Positions 33,845 through 50,865 of a stretch of 64,000 bases of DNA are shown one piece after another. A program made the translations under genes and the position numbers. The notes beneath the pieces were generated by a model that searched no databases, had not been told where the DNA came from, and saw only the letters and a list, made by a program, of their open reading frames with translations. Every line of letters starts with the position of its first letter. Position 1 is the stretch's first letter. The DNA comes from the human T2T-CHM13v2.0 reference genome, Homo sapiens. The DNA lies in NCBI RefSeq assembly GCF_009914755.1, contig NC_060934.1, one strand, 5' to 3'.

Positions 33845-34392
<548 letters not shown>

Positions 34393-34400
34393 TTATATAA

Positions 34401-34692
<292 letters not shown>

Positions 34693-35134
34693 TAGCCAGG
34701 ATGGTCTTGATCTCCTGACCTTGTGATCCACCCGCCTCGGCCTCCCAAAGTGCTGGGATTACAGGTGTGAGCCACCGCGCCCGGCTCTTGGTGACTTACT
34801 CTTGTAATCCTAGCGCTTTGAGAGGGTCGCTTGATTCCAGGAGTTTGAGACCAATGTGGTGGCACATGCCAGTAGTCCCTCAGGAGGCTGAGTCAGGAGG
34901 ATTGAGCAAAACTCCGTCTTAAAAAAAAAAAAAAATACAAAAACATTTCTTGGGTCAGTTTGAAATTTTGAATTTTAAAGTCTTTAAAAATTTCTTTTTT
35001 ATAGTGGGGTCTTGCTATGTTGCCTAGGCTGGATTTGAACTCTTGGATGGAAGCAGTCCTCCTGCCTTAGGCTCCTGTGTGCACCAACATGTTCTGCCAG
35101 GTTTTGAATTTTATTCATTATTTCAGAAAGATGA

Positions 35135-35263
<129 letters not shown>

Positions 35264-35536
35264 TAGCTGGGATTATAGGCACACGTGCCACCACACCCAG
35301 CTAATTTTTGTATTTTTAGTAGAGATGGGGTTTTGCCATGTTGGTCAGGCTGGTCTCAAACTCCTAACCCCCTGATCCACCCGTGTCGTCTTCCCTAAGT
35401 GCTGGGATTACAGGCGTGAGCTGCTGCGCCCAGCCCCTCTTTTGTGTTTTAATGATAGCTTGTGGTCAATAAATTATGTTAATAGTATATTATAACATGA
35501 CTGTTTTAGTCATATGAAACTGATTGTAGTTTTTAA

Positions 35537-35677
<141 letters not shown>

Positions 35678-38475
35678 TGAGTAGCTGGGACTACAGGCGC
35701 GTGCCACCATGCCCCACTAATTTTTGTATTTTTAGTAGAGACAGGGTTTCACCATTTTGGCCAGGATGGTTTCGATCTCTTCACCTTGTGATCTGCCCGC
35801 CTCAGTCTCCCAAAGTGCTGGGATTACAGGCGTGAGCCACCGCACCCAGCCAAAAAAGAACATATTTTTATCCTTAAAGGTGGTTTCAGAAAACTTAGCC
35901 CTTAATTTTTTTAATTTAATTTTTTGAGACAGGGCCTCACTTTGTCACACAGGCCGGAGTACAGTGGTGCAGTCACGCTCGCTGTAGCCTTGATATCCTG
36001 GGCTCAGGTGATCCACCCACTTCAGCCTCCTGGGTAGCTGGGACTACAGGTGTGCGTCACCATGTACTACCAAATTTTTTATATTTTTCATAGAAGCAGG
36101 GTTTTGTCTTGTTGCCCAGGCTGCCCTCAAATTGCTGGGCTCAAGCAGTCAGCTCACCGTGGCCTCCCAAATTGCTGGGATTACAAATATGAGCCACTGT
36201 GCCTGGCCTAAATTTTATTTAGTAGATAGCCTGTGGTCATTTTGGTTTCATTTCATTTAGTTATTTGTGATATAAATACATAGTGATAAGTATCTATTGT
36301 GATTGTGGTATGGGACCTTTGACAATCATATTGAATGAGGTAAAAGTGAAGGATAAAGTGCTTCAATATGTATAATTGGAAAAGATCTTCAAATGACACG
36401 TGTTTAGCTATTTATGTGTGTGAGGGAGATTAAATCAGAGATTAATACCTTTGTACTTTGCAGATTACAGAATTACTTGCAGAATGTTGATTCTAATAAT
36501 TCACATTGAGTGCAGAATGCACATATAAAAATATTCAAGGATAGCTTCTCAAATGTCCACAAAGGGGAGCATTAATAAATATTTAATGAAATACACTTCA
36601 TTGAAATTAAAGTCTCAAGTATAAGTGATTTAGAAAAGAACTGTTATATATTTATAAAAGATATAATCACATTCACAGTGATTCCACAAAATTTGAATAA
36701 GTACCTGGTAGTGTGAAGCAACTACTCTACTGCAATGTAAATTATCTTCCTATCAATTTTTCCTAGCAGTCAAAATCTTCATTACCTATTAAATTGTCTT
36801 GTTTCTGTTTTTTTTTTTTTTTTTTTTTTTGGTAGAATCTTGCTCTGTCACCCAGGCTGGAGTGCAGTGACACAATCTCGGCTCACTGCAACCTCTACCT
36901 CCTGGGTTCAAACAAGTGCCTCAGCCTCAGAAGAAGCTGGGATTACAGGCATGGGCCATCACACCTGGCTAATTTTTGTATTTTGAGTAGAGATGGGGTT
37001 TCGCCATGTTTGCCAGGCTGGTCTCAAACTCCTGACCTCAAGCAATTCACCCACCTTGGCCTCCCAAAGTGCTGGGATTACAGGCATGAGCCGCAGTACC
37101 TAGCTGAAATTGTCTTGTTTCTAACTCATCACATGGACTGTCAGGTGTAGAAAAGAGAAGTGTGGGTATTGGATGTCATCTTACCTACTTGGTGCTGGAC
37201 TGTTGTATGCTGCCAGAATACAGGACACCCAGAAAAATTATAAGAAAAAATGGACATTCTGCGATTTTGGCTCTCAGCACTTCTGCTGTGGCAACTGTCA
37301 ATACTTCCCAGGGTTGTGGGAGTTGGTACCAGCAGAGTGAAACAGCAAATCTAAGGCCGTGGTTCAGGTGGATGAAAGTGATGTCATGATACTTACACTT
37401 GAATCACTGATTTAAAATGTCAAATGCAGAACATGCCGATCTTAATTTATTAACATGCCAATTCAGATTATTAGAATTTAAAGTACTAATACTTTTTCAT
37501 AGCGTCTTGTTCCTATTTACATGATAATTTTTTTTCTATTACCAGAACAGTTTTGTTTGTTTGTTTGTTTGTTTGAGACAGAGTCTTGCTCTGTCACCCA
37601 GGCTGTAGTGCAGTGGCGCCATCTCAGCTCACCGCAACCTCTGCCTCCCTAGTTCAGGCTGTTCTCCTGCCTCAGCCTCCTGAGTAGCTGGTACTACAGG
37701 TGTGCACCACCATGCCCAGCTAACTTTTGTGTTTTAATAGAGATGGGGTTTCACCGTGTTGGCCAGGCTAGTCTCAAACTCCTGTCCTCAGGTGATCTGC
37801 CCGCCTCAACCTCCCAGAGTGCTGGGATTACAGGTGTGAGCCACCATGCCTGGCCAGAACAGTTGTTCTTAACCTTTCTAGGGCCTATATATAATCCTTT
37901 TGAAAATCGGATGACAGCTATGGATTTATCTTCCATTTTGCATACGGTTTCAGGAAATTATCCCACCTTTTAGAACCTATGCCCTATCCAGGCATGGTGG
38001 CATGCGACTGTAGTCCCAGTTGCCGGGGATGCTGAGGCGAGAGGATTGCTTGAACCAGGAGTTCAAGGCTGCAGTGAGCTAAGATTGCACCACCGCATTC
38101 CAGCCTGGGTAACAGTGTGACTGCATCTCTGAAAAAATAATAATAGAACCTGTGCCCTACATTTTGATGCACTATTTTTTCTGTATTCTCATTGCGGTTA
38201 ACCTCATTTTGAATTAATACTGGTGTTAAGATATTCCCCACGTCTATTTAAATTCACTTTGTTGGTCCTTGTTTTATCCTTTCTCCCTACCTATGACATC
38301 TGACTTATCTTAAAAATAGTTAAAAGAGAAAATAGGCCAGGCACAGTGGCTCATACCTATAATCCCAGCACTTTGGGAGGCCGAGGTGGATGGATTGCTT
38401 GAGCCCAGGAATTCGACACCAGCCTGGGCAACATAGTGGGACCCTGTCTTTACAGAAACTATCAAAAATTAGTCA

Positions 38476-38661
<186 letters not shown>

Positions 38662-40927
38662 TTAGCACTGTGTATTTAGGACATTTGTAAAGTTTTCTTT
38701 TCCTGTAGATTCTTCTCTTTCTTTAAATTTTAAAAATCTGGTTTTGGCCTGAAATCCCAGCACTTTGGGAGGCACAGGCAAAAGGATCACTTGAGTCCAG
38801 GACACTTGAGACCAGCCTGGGCAATATAGCAAGACCCCATCTCTATTATAATAAGAATTTTTAAAATTTATTTTATTTATTTTTTATTTTTGTTGAGATC
38901 AAGTCCTGCTTTGTCACTCAGGCTGGAGTGCAGTGGCGCGACCTTGGCTTACTATACCTCCCGGGTTCAAGTGATTCTCCTGCCTTAGCCTCCCGAATAG
39001 CTGGGATGACAGGCTCACGCCACCACACCTGGCTAATTTTTATATTTTTGGTAGAGACAAGGTTTCACCATGTTGGCCATGCTGGTCTCAAACTCCTGAC
39101 CTCAGGTGATCTACCCTGCTCAGCCTCCCAAAGTGCTGGGATTACAGGCGTGAGCTACCATGCTGAGGTTTTTTAAAAAACATTTTTTAAAATTATTGTT
39201 TTTGCAGAGGATAATTTTGAATTTTTAAAAATTCTAAACATGATTTCTGGGATTTTGTTTCTTTCTTATTTTGTTATTTTTTTTTATTTTAAATGAAATT
39301 AGACTTTTTAAATAGTTGATGGTAAACCTCAAACTTTGAATGAATTTTTGTGATGTTCAAGAGTAGGGTACCTGCCTTTGGTCGGTTCATTAAAGCTCTT
39401 TATTCTGTTTTTATAAAGCACAAATTGTTCTTTCTATAGAGTTAATAACTAATAGTTATAAGGCAGCATTTTTTTTCAGATTGTTCCCAGATAAAAGCAA
39501 GATAGTTTGGGGAAGGGAGTGTTCCATGAGCAAATACTGGTTTTTACGGCCTCTTGGTTTTGTCCCCCTAGATACCATTGAGAAAATTGGGCTGATGCCT
39601 GTAATCCTAACACTTTGGGAGCCTAAGGAAGGAGGATTGCTTGAACCCAGGAGTTCAAGACCAGCCTGGGCAACATTAATGAGATTCCATTTCCTTTTTT
39701 TTTTCTTTTTTCTTTTTTTGGACACAGAGTCTGACTGTGTCACCCAGGCTAGAGTGCAGTGGTACAGTCTTGGCTCACTGCAACCTCTGCCCGCCCCCGG
39801 GTTGAAGTGATTCTCGTGCCTCAGCCTCCTGAGGTATAATTCAGTTTAATTCAACTGAATTACTTAACGCAGTTACGTAAAGCGTAAATGCATTTAATTC
39901 CTGCGTTTAATTCAGTTTCCTGAACTTAGCCTTAGATCCCATTTTTTTCAAAATTTATTGCCCCAGGGAGCTAGTGGTCATTTTTCTAGGAGATGCATTT
40001 TTGGGAAGTGCAGTGCTAGACCATAATTTTTACCTAAAGTTTCTGCATTTAATGGAATTGGGTAAAAGGATCAAGTAAAACCTTTATCATATTCTCCTCA
40101 GTGTGTAGCTATCTCTGAGCATACATTAAACATTTAAGTACCAAAGTCTATCATTTTGAGCCCCTCTCCCCAATTTTTTGGTCTTAGCAAATTATCATTT
40201 TAAGTCACTACATGGTGAATTGTTTTTTAATTTCTCAGTACAGTAGTGTACACTAACTAAAACCTCTTTGTGGCCAGTTGTGGTGGCTCACACCTGTAAT
40301 CCCAGTACTTTGGGATCCCGAAGCAGGTGGATTGCTTGAGCCTAGGAGTTCGAGACCAGCCTGGGAAACATAAGGTGATCCCTTTTCTACCAAAAATTTA
40401 AAAATTAGCAGGATGTGGTGGCTTGCGCCTGTAGTCCCACCTACTGGGAAGGCTGAGGTGGGAGGATCACTTGAACCTGGGGAGGTCGAGGCGTCCATAA
40501 GCTGTGATTGCACAACTGCACTTCAGCCTTAGTGACAAAGTGAGACTCTGTCTCAAAAACACAAACCGTTTTTGTGCTTTTTTTTTTTTTTTTTTTTTCC
40601 AATATTGAGAGGTAGAGTTTTACTCTGTGAAAATCCCTCATAGGATTATGGCTCACTGCAGCCTGGAATGTCTGGGCTCAAGTAATCCTCTCATCTCAGC
40701 ATCCTGAGTAGAATGATCCTCCTATCTCAGCCCCCTGAGTAGGTGGGACTACAGGTACCTGCCTCCATGTGTGGCTCATTTTTTTAAATCTTTGTAGAGA
40801 TGAGATCTCACTTTGTTGCCCAGGTTGGTCTCAAACTCCTGGGCCCAAGTGATCCTCCCACTTCAGCCTCCCAAAGGGTTGGAATTACAGACATGAGCTG
40901 CCTCGTCCAGCCTACATTTTTTTCTTC

Positions 40928-41030
40928 AAAGACTAGACAAGCATTGTAATCAGAAGGGGAAGAGTAGAACAAGGAGTTCAGTCAGTAACTGAACAACCGC
41001 TTTAGATAACTCATTACCTTTGGACCAGGC
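40928..41030 (-). pseudogene. Y RNA (RNY1-derived) pseudogene
   Basis: The reverse complement GCCTGGTCCAAAGGTAATGAGTTATCT...GAACTCCTTGTTCTACTCTTCCCCTTCT...CTTGTCTAGTCTTT aligns to hY1 with substitutions and a small deletion. Confidence 0.9.
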
Positions 41031-41384
41031 TTTTTGTGCTTAAGTGTTGTTTTTGTCCGTTTTCCTTTTTTTATTTTTTGAGATGGAGTCTCACTCTGTT
41101 GCCCAGGCTGGAGTGCAGTGGTGATCTCAGCTCACTGCAACCTCCGGCTCCCAGGTTTAAACGATTCTCCTGCCTCAGCCTCCTGAGTTGCTGGTACTAC
41201 AGGCGTGTGTCACCATGCCCAGTTAATTTTTGTATTTTTAGTAGAGATGGGGTTTCACTATGTTGGCCAGCCTGGTCTCGAACTCTTGACCTCAGGTGAT
41301 CCTCCCGCCTCGGTTTCCCAGAGTTCTGGGATTGCAAGCATAAGCCACCACCCCCAGCCAGTTTTAGTCTTTTTCAAAATTAGA

Positions 41385-42012
41385 AATTTTTCTTGACATG
41401 TAAAAATCCTATGTATTTATGGTATACATACACAATTACTTAATACCAAAGTTTTATAGATAATATATATAAAGTCTTGATGTATATATATGTCATGGAA
41501 TGGCTAAATCAAGCTATTTAACGTGCATTACTTCACCTACTTATCATCTTTTGTGGTGAGAAGACTTAAAAGTCTGCTCTCTTCTCAATGTTTACATATA
41601 TAATGTATTGTTATTAACTGTAGTCAACGTGATGTACAATGGGTATCTTGAACATTCCTCCTAACTGAAACCTTTGACCAATGTCTGCCCAATCCTGCCC
41701 TGGGCCCCACAGCCTCTTGTAGCCACCATTTTACTCTGTTTCTCTTAGTTTGACTTTCTTATACTCCAAATTTGAGATCATGCAATACTCTTTTTTCTGT
41801 GCCTGGCTTATTTCACTTAACATAATGTCCTTCAAGGTTCATACGTGGTGCAAATTACCGGATATTCTTCTTAAGGCTGAATAGTATTCCCTTGTGCATA
41901 TATACCACATTTTCTTTATCCAGTTGTTCATTGATGGACACTTAGGTTGATTCCATATCTTGACTATTGTGAATAGTGCTGGAGTGAACATGGGGGTGCG
42001 GGTATCTCTTCT
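41385..42012 (-). mobile_element. Old L1MA-like 3' fragment
   Basis: The minus-strand translation DTRTPMFTPALFTIVKIWNQPKCPSMNNWIKKMWYICTREYYSA is the L1 ORF2 C-terminus. Confidence 0.88.
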
Positions 42013-42085
42013 ATGTACTGTTTTCATATTTTTTATATTCTTCTTAATCTTGATTTTTATTTTTTCCTTTTTGATTTCATTTTAG

Positions 42086-42258
42086 CTGCACTGGGTGTTC
42101 AACAGCCATCACTCCTTGGAGCATCTCCTACCATTTATACACAGCAAACTGCATTGGCAGCAGCAGGCCTTACCACACAAACTCCAGCAAACTATCAGTT
42201 AACACAAACTGCTGCATTGCAGCAACAAGCCGCAGCTGCAGCAGCTGCATTACAACAG
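42086..42258 (+). CDS. CCAR1: CCAR1 exon 3 (173 nt; ALGVQQPSLL...AAAALQQ)
   Basis: TTTAG|CT ... CAG|GTAAAT; phase 1 to 0. Confidence 0.97.
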
Positions 42259-43054
42259 GTAAATCTTTAATATGTCTTATTATTTGATGTAGAAAACTTT
42301 ATGAAATCTGAGTAGCTAGCATTGCTACCTTCATTTTACAGGTAGTGAAGAATTATGTGTTTTTATTATGCTGATTTCTTTTTCTGGTGATGAATATTAT
42401 ATCTGACCAGCATATATAGGGAAGAATAGTTGGGCCAGGCATGGTGGCTCATGCCTGTAATGCCAGCATTTTAGGAGGCTGAGGTGGGAGGATCGTCTGA
42501 GCCCGGGAATTTGAGACCAGCCTGTGCAACGTGGTGAGACAGCGTCTGCAGAAAACACGAGAATTAGCCAGCATAGTGAAGGATGCATGTGGTCCCAGCT
42601 GCTTGGGAGGTTGAGATGGGAGGATTGCTTGAGCATTGGGAGGTTGAGGCTGCAGTGAACTGAGATTACACCACTGCACTCTGGGAGGCAGAGCAAAACC
42701 CTGTGTCCAAAAAAAAAAAAAAAAAAAAGTAGTTGAATAGTCAAAATTTTTAAGTCCTTAAATTGGGCAGTTCTTATACCTTAATTACATGAATAAAATT
42801 TACTTCTTTCTGGATCCCGGAGTATAAGTAATCACAACTTGATTTACTTTAGATGAAGTTTCACTGTTCCAGAAAATTTATCTTTATTATTATTATTTTT
42901 ATTTTTTTTGTTTTTTTCTTTGAATCAATGCCACGCCAGAACAGAAAGTTTATGTTTAGTGTAATTGTATGTATTTCTATGTATATCACTTTTTGAGAAT
43001 GAATAAATTTAGTGTCTGTATTTTTCTTTGAAAAATTTTTTTTTAATCTTTCAG

Positions 43055-43099
43055 CAATATTCACAACCTCAGCAGGCCCTGTATAGTGTGCAACAACAG
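43055..43099 (+). CDS. CCAR1: CCAR1 exon 4 (45 nt; QYSQPQQALYSVQQQ)
   Basis: TTTCAG|CAA ... CAG|GTTAGT; symmetric phase 0. Confidence 0.95.
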
Positions 43100-44384
43100 G
43101 TTAGTTTATATTTTCCGTGTTAAAAACTGATTTTAAAATAGCCATTTGCTCCAAAGTTCAATTGATAGAGAGTTTTATTTCTATCAGCTACCTTAACATG
43201 TGATACAAATTTTTTGGGAGGGGCTAGAGTAAATAGGTAGGAAAAAAGGAATGTCTCCAAGGGTGAGGGAGATAGGAGGGTGGTCCTAACAACCCAGATC
43301 CTTAGCCAGTCTTTGTCGCATGTTTCTAAGAAAGTATGAGGAGGCTGGGCGCAGTGGCTCATGCCTGTAATCCCAGCATACTGGGAAGCCGAGGCGGGCG
43401 GATCACTTGAGGTCGGGAGTTTGAGACCAGCCTGACCAACATGGAGAAACCCCATCTCTACTAAAAATACAAAATTAGCCGGGTGTGGTGGCGCAGGCCT
43501 GTAATCCCAGCTACGTGGGAGGCTGAGACAGGGAGGCTGAGGCAGGAGAATCGCTTGAACTCAGGAGGCGGAGGTTATGGTGAGCCGAGATCACACCACT
43601 GTACTCCAGCCTGGGCAACAAGAGCGAAACTCTGTCTCAAAAAAAAATAAAAAAGTATGCAGAGAATAATCTAGAAAGAACCACCCTTTGGACTGTTATG
43701 CTCCTGTCTGGAACGTTTGGGCCAGGTCTGCTGAACTAGACCACATGTGAAAATGAAAGCTCCTTTTGCTGATTGAAGCCTAAACCTTATAGGCTTTCAG
43801 CTTTTATTTTTTTTTCTTTATTTTTTATTTTTAAAAATTTTTGTTACATTAACTAACACCTACTACAGCCTTTATTTCTTTCAAGGAGTAGGACTCCTAG
43901 TCCCCTTCTTACTAATCAAATTGTGTATGGAAATCAAAATATTAAAATAGAACTGTTCAAAATGGGAGAAAGTTGGTGAGGCACAGTGGTTCACGCCTGT
44001 AATCCAAGCACTTTGGGAGGCCAAGGCGGGCGGATCACTTGAGGTCAGGAGTTTGATACCAACTTGGCCAATATGGTAAAACCCTCTCTCTACTAAAAAT
44101 AGAAAAATTAGCTGGGCCTGGTGGTGCACAGCTGTAAAAAATTAAAATAAATAAAATGTGGGAGAAAGTCACACTTTGTAGTTCACACTTCTATTCCCTA
44201 GGCATGTTTAAACAATATGGAAACTCCTGATTTAGACTAAAAGCAAGTTTCATTGGACCCTTTTCCTTAGACACATTCTCTAGGAACTGTCAAGGAAAGA
44301 GAGTTTGCCTTGCTGAAATACAGATATGCTTTAGTCTAAGCATGTCCCTGGAAAGGATCTGGTCTCATTCTTTTTTGAGACTGA

Positions 44385-44483
<99 letters not shown>

Positions 44484-44516
44484 TGAGTAGCTAGGATTAC
44501 AGGTGCATGCCACTAG

Positions 44517-44639
<123 letters not shown>

Positions 44640-45838
44640 TGAGGCACTGCGCCCAGCCTCATTCTTTTTTTTATGGCTGCAGAGGCTTCTCAATTCATAA
44701 CTTCTTTGTCCCTAGATCCATGGCCCAGTTTAATCCTCGACTTAAGCCCCTTGAGGCTTCAGAAGCATTGCATTTTCCCAGAAGACCTCAGTATTTCACT
44801 AGTAATTGCTTTAAACTTCTTAAAAACTGACAAGAGACTGGTCTCAAATCAGATGTCTTGTTTTCAGAGTACCTTCCAACTTATTTTAGTGCTCTTATGA
44901 AATACATTTTTAAAGATGATAATGGGTGAGGCTGAACCTTGCAAAAATTGCAATACTCATTCTGCCTTTAAAAAATGGCACTACTCAACTGCTCTTAACT
45001 TACAAAAAAATAGTATTTTGATATGATCTAATCTCTAATACATGGTGACTCCAGGTAAACTGAGTGTTTTGAATTACAACCTCATACAGATTATTTTACC
45101 TTAGCCTAAGTCAAATTTGTATTTCAGAATTTTAAAATTTCTCCTTTCATACTAATTCCTTTTACTTTCTGGTAATAGTACACTTTGCTATTACAGAAAA
45201 ACCATACATCAGAGTATGTGGTCCTTCATGGTCTCTGTGCCTATGGTAAATTGTCCATCAACAGTGCTTCTCATTTTATTTAGGGATATATCTATGAATT
45301 GGATTGATGACCAGTGATATTTTTTGATACAAGTAGCATATTGATGATATTGAGTCATTTCTGTAGCATGGTAATCTTCGCTTTTAGAGATTTGTGGGGT
45401 TTTACTGTGGATGCTATTCCTGGGAAATAATAACAATAACAAAAAAATCAGGTTCTGTATTTTTATTAATAAAAGTAGTTAAGTGCCTATCATTGAATGA
45501 GTTACTTACATATGAGGTCTGCAGTTTTTAGAAACAGTTGTAGGAAACTTTATACCTAGTTATCTCTGTTACTTTTCACATTTTTCTTAAGATAACTGGG
45601 CTGGGTGCAGTGGCTCATGTCTGCAATACTGTCACTTTGGGAGGCCAAGGCAAGAGGATTGCTTGAGCTCAGGAGTTCAAGACTACCCTGGGCAACATAG
45701 TGAGACCTCGTTTCTGTTTAAATACATAAATAAAAATAAGTAGAATAACTTTTATAGGATTATTTCTTTTATGAAGCATCTATGAAGCAACAATTCTGAT
45801 TGACCCTTTTCTGTGTGTGTTTATTTTTCTGTTTTCAG

Positions 45839-45871
45839 TTACAGCAACCCCAGCAAACCCTCTTAACACAG
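45839..45871 (+). CDS. CCAR1: CCAR1 exon 5 (33 nt; LQQPQQTLLTQ)
   Basis: TTTCAG|TTA ... CAG|GTTAGT; symmetric phase 0. Confidence 0.95.
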
Positions 45872-46075
45872 GTTAGTTGGTATTACTTTATTTGTTTTGG
45901 ATGTCTGAATGAACAGTAGACTAAAGCTTTATTAGTATTCTACTTTTTCTTTCAGGGTTTAGTTACTTGTTAGATTCACCTAATAATTTAGGAATATAAT
46001 GCTAAATAAAGGTAGTAGTATGCTAGTTTATTTTTGATGGTTTCTCCTTGTAGGTTCAGCTGTGATACAGTTTGA

Positions 46076-46327
<252 letters not shown>

Positions 46328-46564
46328 TAGCCAAGCTGGTCTCGCCTAAGGTCCAGACCTTAGGTGATCTACCTGCCTTGGCCTCCCAAAGTGCTGGGAT
46401 TACAGGTGCGAGCCACCATGCCCGGCTGAGGTTTTATTTTAAACTTAATACTGATTTTTCATTGATACTGATTTTTGTAGTCTTTTTCTTTTGGAAGATT
46501 TCTGCACGTTTTTTCCACTTTAGCAGGGAAAGTTATTGTGTGACATTATCTGCTTAATTTTTCA

Positions 46565-46760
46565 GCAACATTAAAAAGTTTTGAACTTTTCATATGTAGT
46601 GCTACCTTAGGCTTTACAGACTATTTATTGTATCTTTCACATACTCTTTTTCTATTTTTACAACCTTTTGAAAGTGTAAAAAGTGTTCTTAGCTTATAAA
46701 CTACGTAAAAAGAGCCTATAGGCTGTCTTTGGCCCATGGGTCATAGTTTGCTGATCACTG
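46565..46760 (+). mobile_element. MER58-like DNA transposon remnant, followed by an old L1ME-like fragment to about 47080
   Basis: TTTGGCCCATGGGTCATAGTTTGCTGATCACTG resembles the MER58 terminus. Confidence 0.6.
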
Positions 46761-47585
46761 GTTAATACGTAGAGTGAAATACTATGCAGCTGTTAAAGCA
46801 AAACCTCTTTGTATACTGATATGGAATGATATTCCAGATAATCTGAGGTAGAAGTAAAGGTACAGTCTAGTATGTATTATATGCTCCCATTTATCTATAT
46901 GCATATTTGAATAAAACATCTCTAGGAGGCTTTACACTAATAATTAGGACAGTGATTGCTTCATGTTTAGGGAACTGCATAGCTGAGGAGCAGGGATAGG
47001 AGAGAGGCTTTTCACAGTATAACATTTTGTACTGTATTTTTAGTCTTGAATCTCTTCCTTGTCTTTTAAAAATATACTTGAATTGAGAAATCAACCTGTT
47101 TTTATTAAAGAACTACAGTTGGTTAACACGTAACTCATAACTCCTATTTTCAATAATCAACAAAGTAGAATTTCCAAATTAAGTAGAAAAACAATAGAAG
47201 TTCTTTTGTTCAAATGCTATTTCCCTAAGTGTACCCATAACACATTACTAGTATCTTAAGATATTAAAGAAATTTCATGAGAAAATAGTTTTGTGGTCAA
47301 AGTTTGAGGAATGCTGAGTTCCTTTACTATACTTAGGACTTTCCTAAGCCTTTATTATGCCAGTATGGATATTGTATTAGTAAGAACACTCATCTAAGGG
47401 ATCTTGATGAAATAGGCTAAAAATAATTTATAGTTTAATTTTAGACCTGACTCTCAAGATGTACATGTATATCTTCTAACATAATATGAAATTTTTAACA
47501 TTCTGGGTTAGTTTTAAGTAGTCATATTCAGTTTTTAGATGATTTCAAATCATTACCTTAATTTGATGTTGATTTTGTTTTATAG

Positions 47586-47779
47586 CCAGCTGTTGCACTG
47601 CCTACAAGCCTTAGCCTGTCTACTCCTCAGCCAACAGCACAAATAACTGTATCATATCCAACACCAAGGTCCAGTCAACAGCAAACCCAGCCTCAGAAGC
47701 AGCGTGTTTTCACAGGGGTGGTTACAAAACTACATGATACATTTGGATTTGTGGATGAAGATGTATTCTTTCAGCTTAG
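47586..47779 (+). CDS. CCAR1: CCAR1 exon 6 (194 nt; PAVALPTS...start of S1-like domain VFTGVVTKLHDTFGFVDEDVFFQL)
   Basis: TATAG|CCA ... TAG|GTAAAC; phase 0 to 2. Confidence 0.97.
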
Positions 47780-48140
47780 GTAAACTTAATGAGGTCTTGT
47801 CACATGGCTTCTTGCATTTACCACAAAACACCTGTTTAGTTGTGGCAGAAATTGTGTGTAGCCCAGGCTGGACACAGTCGTGCAATCTCAAGTCGACTCA
47901 CTGCAGCCTCTGCCTCCTGGGTTCAAGCAATTCTCTTGCCTCAGCCTTCGGAGTAGCTGGGATGACAGGCGTGCACCACCACACTCGGCTAATTTTTGTA
48001 TCTTTATTAGAGAATGGGATTTCACCATGTCGGCCAGATTGGTCTTTAAACTCCTGACCTCAAGTGAGCCACCCGCCTCAGCTTCCCAAGGTGCTGGGAT
48101 TACAGGCGTGAGACACTGCGCCTGGCCAGTGTAGCTATGA

Positions 48141-48326
<186 letters not shown>

Positions 48327-48426
48327 TGAGACAGAGTGTCACCATGTTGGGCAGGCTGGTCTTGATAGGATAATCATTCCCTTACTCTTCTTTCTTTCTT
48401 TTTCTTTTTCTTTTTTTTTTTTTTGA

Positions 48427-49050
<624 letters not shown>

Positions 49051-50222
49051 TAGTTCCCTGCCTCAGGCTCCTAAGTAGCTAGGATTATAGGTGCCTGCCA
49101 CCACGCCTGGGTAATTTTTTGTATTTTTAGTAGAGATGGGGTTTTACCATCTTGGCTAGGCTGGTTTTAAACTCCTGACCTCGTCATCCACCTGCCTCGG
49201 CCTCCTAAAGTGCTGGGATTACAGGCGTAAGCCACTATACCTGGCCAGTTTTTGTATTTTTTAGTAGAGACAGGGTTTCACCATGTTGGCCAGGCTGGTC
49301 TCGAACTCCTGACCTCAGGTGATCTGCACACCTCAGCCCTGCAAAGTGCTGGGATTATAGGCGTGAACCACTGCGCCTAGCCAGTTTAGCTATAATTTTG
49401 TATTTTTTCCTGAAGAAAGGCGGTTCTAACAATATTTCTGGGTAAACATAACTGTGAGTGGGGTGTTGAAATCTAATTTTGAAATCTAATCTTTGTTTGA
49501 CGTGTCTAATGACGTAGCATAGATTTTAAAATTGTTTTTTAGCTAAGCGCAGTGGCTTGTCCTTGTAATCTCAGTTTCTTGGGAGTCCAAAGTAGGTGGA
49601 TGGCTTGAGGCTAGGAGTTCCAGACCAGCCTGGGCAACATAATGGCAAGACCCCATCTCTAAGACGCAAAAATATTAACATTGAAAAAGTCAATAGGATC
49701 AAGTGATTGATGGACTGACATTCAAAATAATAATTTTTAAAAGTTCCTTTTCCATATTTAAATTAGTACTTTTATAGCTTTGTAGTGTTTGTAGGAAATA
49801 CTGTACAACATTTTTCTGTAAAAGAGATTCCTGTTTTTTATCTTTTTTGCATTCATCATTTGAAAGCCCAAAGCAAATCTTAGTCTTGGGTTATAAAAGT
49901 AAAAAATGGATCAGGAGAGATAATATCAGGGAAATATGGGGTGGTAAATTATTAATTTCACTTTAAACTCATGTTTATAAGGGTGAAACACCCATTTTAA
50001 AATGAGTCTAGGAGGTATATCTACTTAACTCTTTTTTTTTTTTTTCTTTTTCTTTGAGACAGGGTCTTGCTTTATCACCCAGGCTGGAGTGCAGTGTTGC
50101 GATCATAGTGAACTGCAAAGTTGAACACCTGGACCCAGCTACCTCGTGTAGCTGGGCCATCAGGCGTGTACCACCACTTCTGGCTATTTAATTAAATTAA
50201 TTAATTAATTAATTTTTTTTGA

Positions 50223-50384
<162 letters not shown>

Positions 50385-50443
50385 TAGTAGAGACAGGGTT
50401 TCACCGTGTTGGTCAGGCTGGTCTCGAACTGCTGACCTCGTGA

Positions 50444-50865
<422 letters not shown>

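Noticed and set aside
36555-36572. CTCF-like CCACAAAGGGGAGCA
   Set aside because: Mismatch at a core position of the motif; cannot be supported without ChIP data.
40928-41030. Possible functional Y RNA gene
   Set aside because: Internal deletion and stem substitutions, and the upstream flank is Alu rather than a U6-type promoter, so it is treated as a pseudogene.
41839-42027. ORF resembling a protein domain
   Set aside because: Decayed L1 ORF2 C-terminus.
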